Source: Haplodiscus bocki
Lineage: Eukaryota
Length of the DNA: 64,000 bases
Direction of reading: 5' to 3'
Assembly: GCA_965655095.1 (NCBI GenBank)
Contig: OZ296650.1
Span: 8,060,001-8,124,000, forward strand
How positions within the stretch are numbered: position 1 is the first letter of the stretch; the number at the start of each line of letters is the position of its first letter. Position numbers and translations under genes: made by a program. The notes below the pieces were generated by a model. The model was given only the letters and a program-made list of their open reading frames with translations, was not told the origin of the DNA and did not search any database. Shown here one piece after another: positions 52,501 to 64,000 of the stretch.

Positions 52501-53610
52501 TAAGTGGAGTAGTCTTACCATGCAAGTTGTACGGTTTTCTTGACCTGGTCGATAATTTGAGGAAGGATCTTCCTGCTCTCATGAAATCGTGCGAGATTTC
52601 TGAACAACATTGAAGATACTGACTACATCATCAGATTTTTTCAAATACTTCGCTGCAGTGAGACACTACTTTAGCTTAAGCGTGTGATCGAAGAACGAAC
52701 AACGAAATTTAAAGTTCGTTTTAATCAAGACCACAGAAGCAATGACTTAGTTGATCTCAGACAACACTGATTGAGGGTTTGTATGTAAAACTGTGATCTT
52801 GCGAGTTTCTCCAATTTCCTGATTTGGTTAGAAGATTGTAGAAATCTTGACTCTGTAGGGATTGCGTCAGACGTCTGAACAACACTGAAGATCATGATTA
52901 CATCTCAAAATGTGTTCAAACACTTCACACTTCGCTGTTTTGAGACCCTAACTAAACTTAAGCGTATGATTGAAGACCGAACTATAAAATTCGTTGTAAG
53001 TAAGACCACTGAGGCATTAGGTTTCTCAGGTGAACTCAGACATCACAGATTGAGATGTAAGTGGAGTTGTCTTACCATGCAAGTTGTACGGTTTTCTTGA
53101 CCTGGTCGATAATTTGAGGAAGGATCTTCCTGTTCTCATGAAATCGTGCGAGACTTCTGAACAACATTGAAGATACTGACTACATCATCAGACTTTTTCA
53201 AATAATTCGCTGCAGTGAGACACTACTTTAGTTTAAGCGTGTGATCGAAGAACGAACAACGAACTTTAAAATTCGTTTTAATCAAGACCACAGCAGCAAT
53301 GGCTTAGTTGATCTCAGACAACACTGATTGAGGGGTTGTATGTAAAACTGTGATCTTGCGAGTTTCTCCAATTTCCTGATTTGGTTAGAAGATTGTAGAA
53401 ATCTTGACTCTGTAGGGATTGCGTCAGACGTCTGAACAACATTGAAGATCATGATTACATCTCAAAATGTGTTCAAACACTTCACACTTCGCTCTTTTGA
53501 GACCCTAACTAAACTTAAGCGTATGATTGAAGACCGAACTATAAAATTCGTTGTAAGTAAGACCACTGAGGCATTAGGTTTCTCAGGTGAACTCAGACAT
53601 CACAGATTGA
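46580..53610. repeat. Near-identical tandem duplication, period ~3787 bp (14-mer variant)
   Basis: ORF pairs 47871/51658, 48364/52151 and 49107/52894 are identical at offset 3787. Confidence 0.9.
48530..50210. repeat. Nested 557-bp dimer, 3 copies
   Basis: 'ctggtcga.aatttgagg' at ~48757, 49314 and 49871; homologous ORFs end at 48756, 49313 and 49870. Confidence 0.93.
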
Positions 53611-54550
53611 GATGTAAGTGGAGTTGTCTTACCATGCAAGTTGTACGGTTTTCTTGACCTGGTCGATAATTTGAGGAAGGATCTTCCTGTTCTCATGAAA
53701 TCGTGCGAGACTTCTGAACAACATTGAAGATACTGACTACATCATCAGACTTTTTCAAATACTTCACTGCAGTGAGACACTACTTTAGTTTAAGCGTGTG
53801 ATCGAAGAACGAACAACGAACTTTAAAATTCGTTTTAATCAAGACCACAGAAGCAATGGCTTAGTTGATCTCAGACAACACTGATTGAGGGGTTGTATGT
53901 AAAACTGTGATCTTGCGAGTTTCCTCAATTTCCTGATTTGGTTAGAAGATTGTAGAAATCTTGACTCTGTAGGGATTGCGTCAGACGTCTGAACAACATT
54001 GAAGATCATGATTACATCTCAAAATGTGTTCAAACACTTCACACTTCGCTCTTTTGAGACCCTAACTAAACTTAAGCGTATGATTGAAGACCGAACTATA
54101 AAATTCGTTGTAAGTAAGACCACTGAGGCATTAGGTTTCTCAGGTGAACTCAGACATCAGAGATTGAGATCTAAGTGGAGTAGTCTTACCATGCAAGTTG
54201 TACGGTTTTCTTGACCTGGTCGAGAATTTGAGGATCTTCCTGCTCTCATGAAATCGTGCGAGACTTCTGAACAACATTGAAGATACTGACTACATCATCA
54301 GATTTTTTCAAATACTTCGCTACAGTGAGACACTACTTTAGCTTAAGCGTGTGATCGAAGAAAGAACAACGAACTTTAAAATTCGTTTTAATCAAGACCA
54401 CAGAAGCAATGGCTTAGTTGATCTCAGACAACACTGATTGAGGGGTTGTATGTAAAACTGTGATCTTGCGAGTTTCCTCAATTTCCTGATTTGGTTAGAA
54501 GATTGTAGAAATCTTGACTCTCTAGGGTTCGCGACAAACGTCTGAACAAC
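52315..54550. repeat. Nested 557-bp dimer, 4 copies
   Basis: Homologous ORFs end at 52543, 53100, 53657 and 54214 (spacing 557). Confidence 0.93.
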
Positions 54551-55152
54551 ATTCAAGCTCATGATTACATGATAAGATGTGTTCAAGCACAACGGTGTGG
54601 TCAGACACCAACTTATCCTGAGCGTAGGTTGAAAGAACAAAATTTAGGAGAGACCGAAGAAGCCCTGGCATTGCTGAAATCCAGCTACACCTTTGAGCTT
54701 TATTTGTAGTAATCTGATCATGCAAGGTTTTCAGTTTTATTAACCTAGTTGAGTGAAATTAGATTTTCTTGCTCTCAGTGTCCCATTAGACATCTGAACA
54801 ACATTGAAGGTCACGATTACATCACAGGATAATTTCGAGCACATCGCAGCAGTCATTCATTCACAAACCTAACCTGAGCGTATGAAGAATGAACGACCTT
54901 TAATGTTCGTTGCAAGAGAGACCAAAAAATCACTGGCTTAGTTGAACTCAGGCAACTTCTATCGACTTTTTTTCTGTTGTAATGTGATCACGTGTGTTTG
55001 AGGACTTTGTTGAACTGGTCGGAGGAATATATTTCCTCTTGCGCTCAAGGTTTGGTGTTAGAAGTCTGAAAAACATTGAATATCTGGAATACATCATAAG
55101 TTGCAATCAAACACCTCACAGATGTCAGACACTATCTTAGCCTGGTCGTTTG

Positions 55153-58100
55153 ACTAAAGAACGAGTTGAAAAATTCGTAAAACGCAAGACCACTGAAGCA
55201 ATGTTTTATTTGGACCCAGACAATACCTAGACAAATTTGTCTGAAGTAATCCGGTCATTCAAGTTTCAGAAATTTCTTGATATAGTCGAGAAAAAATAGA
55301 TCTTCCTGCTCTCAATTGTTCGTGTTAGAGGTCTGAACAACATTGAAGATTCTGTTTACATTATAAGACGTAATGAAAACTTTCGCCATAGTCAGACACC
55401 ATTTTTGTTCGGTCGTTTTAGTTAAGGACAACCTGAAGTCTTCGTAATGAACAAAACCACTGAAGCAGTGTCGTAGATGAATTCAGACTTCATAGATCGA
55501 GTTTTGTATGCAATCGCCCTATGATGCAGGTTTTTTGACTGTCTTGATCTGCTCGGGAAATCGAAGATCTTCGTGCTCTCAAAAAAACTTTTTGGACGTC
55601 TGAAGAACATTGAAGATACTGATTACATTATCAGATGTTCTCAAATACTTCGCTGTCGTGAGACACTAACATAGTTTAAGCGTAAGAGTAAAGACCGAAC
55701 TATAATGTTAGTTAAAGGTCAGACCACTGCAGCTACGTGCTTCCCCGTTTAACTAAGATATAAAGGATTGAGGTATAAGTGCAGTTGTCCTATCATACAA
55801 GTTGTACGGTTTTCTTGACCTGGTCGGTAATTTAAAGATCTTACTGCTGTCATGAGTTCGTGTTAGACGTCTGAACAACATTAAAGATCCTGATTACATC
55901 ATCAGATATTTTCGAAGTTTTCGCTGTAGTGAGACATTAACTTGTTTCAAGTGTATAATTGAAAAACGAACTATATATTTCGGCATAGGCAAAAGCAACG
56001 AAGCATTGCCTTAGTTGAGCTCAGACAACGCGGAGAATTATTCGTATGTAAAAATCTGATCATGCAAGTTTCACCACATTCTGGACCTGGTCGGGAGAAT
56101 GTAGAACTTCTGACTCTCCGGAGGTTGTGTGAGACGTCTGAACAACATTGAAGATCATGATTATATCTCAAAATGTGTTCAAACACTTCACACTTCGCTG
56201 TTTTGAGACACTAACTAAACTTAAGCGTATGATTGAAGACCGGACTATAAAATTCGTTATAAGTAAGACCACTGAAGCATTAGGTTTCCCAGGTGAACTC
56301 AGACATCACAGATTGAGACCTAAGTGGAGTAGTCTTACCATGCAAGTTGTACGGTTTTCTTGACCTGGTCGATAATTTGAGGAAGGATCTTCCTGCTCTC
56401 ATGAAATCGTGCGAGACTTCTGAACAACATTGAAGATACTGACTACATCATCAGATTTTTTCAAATACTTCGCTGCAGTGAGACACTACTTTAGCTTAAG
56501 CGTGTGATCGAAGAACGAACAACGAACTTTAAATTTCGTTTTAAGCGAGACCACAGAAGCAATGGCTTAGTTGATCTCCGACAACACTGATTGAGGTTTT
56601 GTATGTAAAACTGTGATCCTGCGAGTATCTTCAACTTCCTGATTTAGTTAGAAGATTGTAGGAATCTTGACTCTGTAGGGATTGCGTCAGACGCCTGAAC
56701 AACATTCAAGGTCATGATTACATGATAAGATGTGTTCAAGCACAACGGTGTGGTCAGACACCAACTTATCGTGAGCGTAGTTTGAAAGAACAAAATTTAG
56801 GAGAGACCGAAGAAGCCCTGGCATTGTTGAACTCCAGCTACTCCCATTGAGCTTTATTTTTAGTAATCTGATCATGCAAGGTTTTCAACTTTACTAACCT
56901 GGTTGAGTGAATTTAGATTTTCTTGCTCTCAGTGTCCCGTTAAACATCTGAACATTATTGAAGGTCATGATTACATCATAGGATAACTTCCAGCACATCG
57001 CAGCAGTCATTCATTCACAAACCTAACCTGAGCGTATGAAGAATGAACGACTTTTTACTGTTCGTTGCAAGAGAGACCAAAAAATCACAGGCTTAGTTGA
57101 ACTCAGGCAACTTCTATCGACTTTTTTTCTGTTGTAATGTGATCACGTGTGTTTCAGGACTTTGTTGAACTGGTCGGAGGAATATATTTCCTCTTGCGCT
57201 CAAGGTTTGGTGTTAGAAGTCTGAAAAACATTGAATATCAGGATTACACCATAAGTTGCAATCAAACACCTCACAGTTGTCAGACACTATCTTAGCCTGG
57301 TCGTTTTACTAAAGAACGAGTTGAAAAATTCGTAAAACGCAAGACCACTGAAGCAATGTTTTATTTGGACCCAGACAATACCTAGACAAATTTGTCTGAA
57401 GTAATCCGGTCATTCAAGTTTCAGAAATTTCTTGATATAGTCGAGAAAAAATAGATCTTCCTGCTCTCAATTGTTCGTGTTAGAGGTCTGAACAACATTG
57501 AAGATTCTGTTTACATTATAAGACGTAATGAAAACTTTCGCCATAGTCAGACACCATTTTTGTTCGGTCGTTTTAGTTAAGGACAACCTGAAGTCTTCGT
57601 AATGAACAAAACCACTGAAGCAGTGTCGTAGATGAATTCAGACTTCATAGATCGAGTTTTGTATGCAATCGCCCTATGATGCAGGTTTTTTGACTGTCTT
57701 GATCTGCTCGGGAAATCGAAGATCTTCGTGCTCTCAAAAAAACTTTTTGGACGTCTGAAGAACATTGAAGATACTGATTACATTATCAGATGTTCTCAAA
57801 TACTTCGCTGTCGTGAGACACTAACATAGTTTAAGCGTAAGAGTAAAGACCGAACTATAATGTTAGTTAAAGGTCAGACCACTGCAGCTACGTGCTTCCC
57901 CGTTTAACTAAGATATAAAGGATTGAGGTATAAGTGCAGTTGTCCTATCATACAAGTTGTACGGTTTTCTTGACCTGGTCGGTAATTTAAAGATCTTACT
58001 GCTGTCATGAGTTCGTGTTAGACGTCTGAACAACATTAAAGATCCTGATTACATCATCAGATATTTTCGAAGTTTTCGCTGTAGTGAGACATTAACTTGT

Positions 58101-59472
58101 TTCAAGTGTATAATTGAAAAACGAACTATATATTTCGGCATAGGCAAAAGCAACGAAGCATTGCCTTAGTTGAGCTCAGACAACGCGGAGAATTATTCGT
58201 ATGTAAAAATCTGATCATGCAAGTTTCACCACATTCTGGACCTGGTCGGGAGAATGTAGAACTTCTGACTCTCCGGAGGTTGTGTGAGACGTCTGAACAA
58301 CATTGAAGATCATGATTATATCTCAAAATGTGTTCAAACACTTCACACTTCGCTGTTTTGAGACACTAACTAAACTTAAGCGTATGATTGAAGACCGGAC
58401 TATAAAATTCGTTATAAGTAAGACCACTGAAGCATTAGGTTTCCCAGGTGAACTCAGACATCACAGATTGAGACCTAAGTGGAGTAGTCTTACCATGCAA
58501 GTTGTACGGTTTTCTTGACCTGGTCGATAATTTGAGGAAGGATCTTCCTGCTCTCATGAAATCGTGCGAGACTTCTGAACAACATTGAAGATACTGACTA
58601 CATCATCAGATTTTTTCAAATACTTCGCTGCAGTGAGACACTACTTTAGCTTAAGCGTGTGATCGAAGAACGAACAACGAACTTTAAATTTCGTTTTAAG
58701 CGAGACCACAGAAGCAATGGCTTAGTTGATCTCCGACAACACTGATTGAGGTTTTGTATGTAAAACTGTGATCCTGCGAGTATCTTCAACTTCCTGATTT
58801 AGTTAGAAGATTGTAGGAATCTTGACTCTGTAGGGATTGCGTCAGACGCCTGAACAACATTCAAGGTCATGATTACATGATAAGATGTGTTCAAGCACAA
58901 CGGTGTGGTCAGACACCAACTTATCGTGAGCGTAGTTTGAAAGAACAAAATTTAGGAGAGACCGAAGAAGCCCTGGCATTGTTGAACTCCAGCTACTCCC
59001 ATTGAGCTTTATTTTTAGTAATCTGATCATGCAAGGTTTTCAACTTTACTAACCTGGTTGAGTGAATTTAGATTTTCTTGCTCTCAGTGTCCCGTTAAAC
59101 ATCTGAACATTATTGAAGGTCATGATTACATCATAGGATAACTTCCAGCACATCGCAGCAGTCATTCATTCACAAACCTAACCTGAGCGTATGAAGAATG
59201 AACGACTTTTTACTGTTCGTTGCAAGAGAGACCAAAAAATCACAGGCTTAGTTGAACTCAGGCAACTTCTATCGACTTTTTTTCTGTTGTAATGTGATCA
59301 CGTGTGTTTCAGGACTTTGTTGAACTGGTCGGAGGAATATATTTCCTCTTGCGCTCAAGGTTTGGTGTTAGAAGTCTGAAAAACATTGAATATCAGGATT
59401 ACACCATAAGTTGCAATCAAACACCTCACAGTTGTCAGACACTATCTTAGCCTGGTCGTTTTACTAAAGAAC
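55153..59472. repeat. Apparently perfect tandem duplication, period 2155 bp (8-mer variant lacking monomers E and F)
   Basis: ORF pairs 55422/57577, 55971/58126, 56148/58303 and 56687/58842 are all identical at offset 2155; no difference noticed by eye. Confidence 0.93.
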
Positions 59473-62400
59473 CAGTTGCAAAACTCGTAAAACGCAAGAC
59501 CACTGAATCACTGTTTTATTTGGACCCAGACAATACCTAGACAAATTTGTCTGAAGTAATCCGGTCGTTCAAGTTTCAGAAGTTTCTTGATTTAGTCGGC
59601 AAAAGATAGATCTTCCTGCTCTCAAGCGTTTGTGTTAGAGGTCTGAACAACATTGAAGATTCTGTTTACATCATAAGACGTAATGAAAACTTTCGCCATA
59701 GTCAGACACCATTTTTGTTCGGTCGTTTTAGTGAAGAACAACATGAAGTCTTCGTAATGAACAAAACCACTGAAGCAGTGTCGTAGATGAATTCAGACTT
59801 CATAGATCGAGTTTTGTATGCAATCGCCCTATGATGCAGGTTTTTCAACTGTCTTGATCTGCTCGGGAAATTGAAGATCTTTCTGCTCTCAAAGAATCTT
59901 GTTGGACGTCTGAAGAACATTGAAGATACTGATTACATCATCAGATGTGTTGAAATACTTCGCTGTCTTGAGACACTAACATAGTTTAAGCGTATGATTG
60001 AAGAACGAACTATGAATTTCGTTAGAAGCAAGACCGCAGAACCACTCACTCCGTTGAACGCATTTAGCACTGGTCTTTTTTTGTAGTAATATGATCATGC
60101 TAGTTTCACAACTTTTATGTTAGTTTCACGATTCTCTAGAGCTGATTTCAGACGTCTGAACGACATTGAAGATCTTGAATACATAATAAAAATTTTCCCA
60201 GCACATTGCTGTAGACATACTAGCTCAATCTGAGCGTACGAAGAAAGAATGAACTTTTTTGTTCGTTTCAGGAGAGACTAAAGAAGCACTGGTTTAGTTG
60301 AACTCAGGCAACAGAGTTCGAGTTTTAAGTGTAGTAGACAAATCATGCAAATGGTACTCTTTTTTGCCTGGTGGTGAGGTTAAGCATATTGTTGCACTCA
60401 AGAGTTTGTGCTACACGTCTGAAAAGCATTGAAGATCAAGATTACATTGCAAGACGTGTTCAAATACATCGTTGTAGTGAGACACTAACTTCGTTTGAAC
60501 GTATGAATAAAGACCGAACTATAATGTTCGTTAAAGTTCAGACCACTGCAACTAAGTGCTTCTCAGTTCAACTAAGATATATCGGATTGAGTTTTAAGTG
60601 CAGTTGTCCTATCATAAAAGTTGTACGGTTTTCTTGACCTGGTCGGTAAGTTAAAGATCTTACTGCTGTCATGAGTTCGTGTTAGACGTCTCAACAACAT
60701 TAAAGATCCTGATTACATCAACAGATTTTTTCGAATTTTTCGTTGTAGTGAGACATTAAATGGTTTCAACTGTATAATTGAAAAACGAACTACAAATTTC
60801 GGTATAGGCAACAGCAACGAAGCATTGGCTTAGTTGAGCTCAGACAACGCGGAGAATTATTCGTATGTAAAAATCTGATCATGCAAGTTTCACCACATTC
60901 TGGACCTGTTCGGGAGAATGTAGAACTCCGACTCTCCGGATGTTGTGTCAGACGTCTGAACAACAATGAAGATCATGATTACATCTCAAAATGTGTTCAA
61001 ACACTTCACACTTCGCTGTTTTGAGACGCTAATTAAACTTAAGCGTATGTTTGAAGACCGGACTATAAAATTCGTTATAAGTAAGACCACTGAAGCATTA
61101 GGTTTCCCAGGTGAACTCAGACATCACAGATTGAGACCTAAGTGGAGTAGTCTTACCATGCAAGTTGTACGGTTTTCCTGACCTGGTCGAGAATTTGAGG
61201 ATCTTCCTGCTCTCATGAAATCGTGCGAGACTTCTGAACAACATTGAAGATACTGACTATATCATCGGATTTTTTCAAATACTTCGCTGCAGTGAGACAC
61301 AACTTTAGCTTAAGCGTGCGACGAAGAACGAACAACGAACTTTAAAATTCGTTTTAAGCAAGACCACAGAAGCAATGGCCTAGTTGATCTCAGACAACAC
61401 TGATCAAGGTTTTGTATGTAAAAGTGTGATCTTGCAGGTTTCTCCACTTTTTTGATCTGGTTAGGAGATTGTAGAAATCTTGACTCTCTAGGGTTCGCGA
61501 CAAACGTCTGAACAACATTCAAGGTCATGATTACATGATAAGATGTGTTCAAGCACAACGGTGTGGTCAGACACCAACTTATCCTGAGCGTAGGTTGAAA
61601 GAACAAAATTTAGGAGAGACCGAAGACGCCCTGGCTTTGTTGAACTCCAGCTACACCTATTGAGCTTTTTTGTAGTAATCTGATCATGCAAGGTTTTCAA
61701 CTTTACTAACCTGGTTGAGTGAATTTAGATTTTCTTGCTCTCAGTGTCCCGTTAGACATCTGAACAACATTGAAGGTCATGATTACATCATAGGATAACT
61801 TCCAACACATCGCAGCAGTCATTCATTCACAAACCTAACCTGAGCGTATGAAGAATGAACGACCTTAAGTGTTCGTTGCAAGAGAGACCAAAAAATCACT
61901 GGCTTAGTTGAACTCAGGCAACTTCTGTCGACTTCTTTTCTGTAGTAATGTGATCACGTGTGTGTCAGGACTTTGTTGAACTGGTCGGAGGAATATTTTT
62001 CCTCTTGAGCTCAAGGTTTGGTGTTAGAAGTCTGAAAAACATTGAATATCAGGATTACATCATAGGTTGCAATCAAACACCTCACAGTTGTCAGACACTA
62101 TCTTAGGCTGGTCGTTTGACTAAAGAACGAGATGAAAAATTCGTAAGACGCAAGACCACTGAAGCAATGTTTTATTTGGACCCAGAAAATACATAGACAA
62201 ATTTGTCTGAAGTAATCCGGTCATTCAAGTTTCAGAAGTTTCTTGATTTAGTCGGCAAAATATAGATCTTCCTGCTCTCAAGCGTTTGTGTTAGAGGTCT
62301 GAACAGCATTGAAGATTCTGTTCACATCATAAGACGAAATGAAAACTTTCGCCATAGTCAGACACCATTTTTGTTCGGTCGTTTTAGTGAAGAACAACCT

Positions 62401-64000
62401 GAAGTCTTTGTAATGAACAAAACCACTAAAGCAGTGTCGTAGGTGTATTCAGGCTTGATAGATCGAGTTTTGTATGCAATCGCCCTATGATGCAGGTTTT
62501 TCTACTGTCTTGATCTGCTCGGGAAATTGAAGATCTTTCTGCTCTCAAAAAATCTTGTTGGACGTCTGAAGAATATTGAAGATACTGATTACATAACCAG
62601 ATGTGTTGAAATACTTCGCTGTGGTGAGACACTAACATAGTTTAAGCGTATGATTGAAGAACGAACTAAAGATTTCGTTAGAAGCAAGACCGCAGAACCA
62701 CTCACTCCGTTGAACGCATTTAGCACGGGTCTTCTTTTGTAGTAATATGATGATGCTAGTTTCAAAACTTTTATGTTAGTTTCACGATTCTCTAGAGCTG
62801 ATTTCAGACGTCTGAACGACATTGAAGATCTTGATTACATACTAACATGTTTCCCAGCACATGGCTGTAGACATACTGGCTCAATCTCAGCGTACGACGA
62901 AAGAATGAACTTTTTTGTTCGTTTCAGGAGAGACTAAAGAAGCACTGGTTTAGTTGAACTCAGGCAACAGAGTTCAAGTTTTAAGTGTATTAGACCAATC
63001 ATGCAAGTTGTACTATTTTTTTACCTGATGGTGAGGTTAAGCATCTTCTTGCACTCAAGAGTTCGTGCTACACGTCTGAAAAGCATTGAAGATCATGATT
63101 ACCTTGCAAGACGTGTTCAAATACTTCGTTGTAGTGGGACACTAACTTAGTTTAAGCGTATGAATAGAGACGGGAATATAATGTTAGTTAAAGGCCAGAC
63201 CACTGCAGCTACGTGCTTCCCAGTTTAACTAAGGTATAACGGATTTAGGTCTAATTGCAGTTGTCCTATCATACAAGTTGTACGGTTTTCTTGACCTGGT
63301 CGTTAAGTTAAAGATCTTACTGCTGTCATGAGTTCGTGATAGACGTCTGAACAACATTAAAGATCCTGATTACATCATCAGATGTTTTCGAATTTTTCGC
63401 TGTAGTGAGACATTAACTGTTTTCCAATGTATAATTGAAAAACGAACTTTAAATTTCGGTATAGGCAGGAGCAACGAAACATTGGCTTAGTTGAGCTCAG
63501 ACAACGCGGAGAATTATTCGTATGCAAAAATCTGATCATGCAAGTTTCACCACATTCTGGACCTGATCAGGAGAATGTAGAACTCAGACACTCCGGAGGT
63601 TGTGTCAGACGTCTGAACAACATTGAAGATCATGATTACCTCTCAAAATGTGTTCAAACACTTCACACTTCGCTGTTTTGAGACACTAACTTAACTTAAG
63701 CGTATGATTGAAGACCGAACTATAAAACTTGTTATAAGTAAGACCACTGAAGCATTAGGTTTCCCAGGTGAACTCAGACATCACAGATTGAGATCTAAGT
63801 GGAGTAGTCTTACCATGGATATTGTACCGTTTTCTTGACCTGGTCGATAATTTGAGGAAGGATCTTCCTGCTCTCATGAAATCGTGCGAGACTTCTGAAC
63901 AACATTCAAGATACCGACTACATCATTAGATTTTTTTTAAATACTTCGCTGCAGTGAGACACAACTTTAGCTTAAGCGTGCGACGAAGAACGAACAACGA

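Larger units (their letters stand above)
1..64000. repeat. Tandem satellite DNA array, ~267-bp monomer, ~240 copies, single orientation
   Basis: The anchor motif (gaag/gacg/gaca)TCTGAACAACATTGAAGATC recurs at 71, 339, 605, 873, 1139, 1407 (spacing 266-268 bp) and continues to the window end. Approximate consensus by eye: ttgaactcagacatcacagatcgagttttgtatgcagtagtcctatcatgcaagttttacgactttcttgacctggtcgggaaattgaagatcttcctgctctcaagagttcgtgttagacgtctgaacaacattgaagatcctgattacatcatcagatgtgttcaaatacttcgctgtagtcagacactaacttagtttaagcgtatgattgaagaacgaactataaaattcgttataagcaagaccactgaagcagtgtcttag (267 nt). Confidence 0.98.
34500..64000. repeat. Domain 4: 10-mer HOR (monomers A-J, ~2671 bp), about 11 units with structural variants
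   Basis: Monomer A ('ctggttgagtgaat..ctcag.gtcccgttagacatc') lies at ~34632, 36882, 39553, 42226, 44376, 46630, 50418, 54746, 56899, 59054 and 61712. Unit lengths are ~2250, 2671, 2673, 2150, 2254, 3788, 4328, 2153, 2155 and 2658. Confidence 0.92.

Noticed and set aside
2287-62822. All ORFs in the six-frame track (60-166 aa), including the longest at 14413-14913
   Set aside because: They are translations of the same monomer in several frames on both strands, broken by stops and frameshifts that differ between copies. Many depend on TTG/GTG starts and none shows a recognisable domain.
1-64000. CRISPR-like array (conserved ~30-bp core with variable intervening sequence)
   Set aside because: The intervening ~235 bp are homologous to each other rather than unique spacers, the period is far too long, and there are no cas genes.
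1-64000. Giant repeat protein read with a reassigned stop codon (TAG=Gln)
   Set aside because: TGA and TAA also occur in that frame, and monomer lengths of 257, 266, 268, 271 and 277 bp break the frame repeatedly.
1-64000. Tandem tRNA, 5S rRNA, snRNA or spliced-leader gene cluster
   Set aside because: I recognised no cloverleaf, convincing Pol III A/B box pair, 5S sequence or Sm site, and divergence is spread across the whole unit. An Rfam/Infernal scan would be the formal test.
1-64000. Transposon insertion, inversion or telomeric repeat tract
   Set aside because: No non-satellite segment longer than a few tens of bp, no strand switch and no TIR, LTR or TSD structure was seen.
1-64000. Assignment to a named satellite (alpha satellite, CEN178, CentO) or to a species
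   Set aside because: Monomer length and sequence match no family I can recognise; a database search is required.

Overview
The whole 64-kb window is one uninterrupted, head-to-tail array of an AT-rich satellite DNA with a ~267-bp monomer (~240 copies, all in one orientation). It looks like eukaryotic (peri)centromeric or heterochromatic DNA; I cannot identify the organism. I see no credible protein-coding gene, RNA gene, CRISPR array or transposon. The short ORFs in the track are chance translations of the same monomer. Neighbouring monomers are strongly diverged, but they are organised into higher-order repeats (HORs) in four domains. D1 (~1-12.9 kb) is a 16-mer (~4273 bp) that looks like two old 8-mers, plus rearranged derivatives. 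D2 (~13-21.95 kb) is a 7-mer (~1865 bp). D3 (~21.95-34.5 kb) is a heterogeneous zone with a deleted 5-mer duplication and a dimeric tract. D4 (~34.5-64 kb) is a young, homogeneous 10-mer (~2671 bp) with 8-, 14- and 16-mer variants and near-perfect recent duplications. Points of interest are the alpha-satellite-like layered HOR architecture, a degenerate CENP-B-box-like motif at a fixed monomer position, conserved palindromes, HOR lengths that average ~267 bp per monomer despite indels, and amplified repair scars. All coordinates and identities were read by eye and are approximate.
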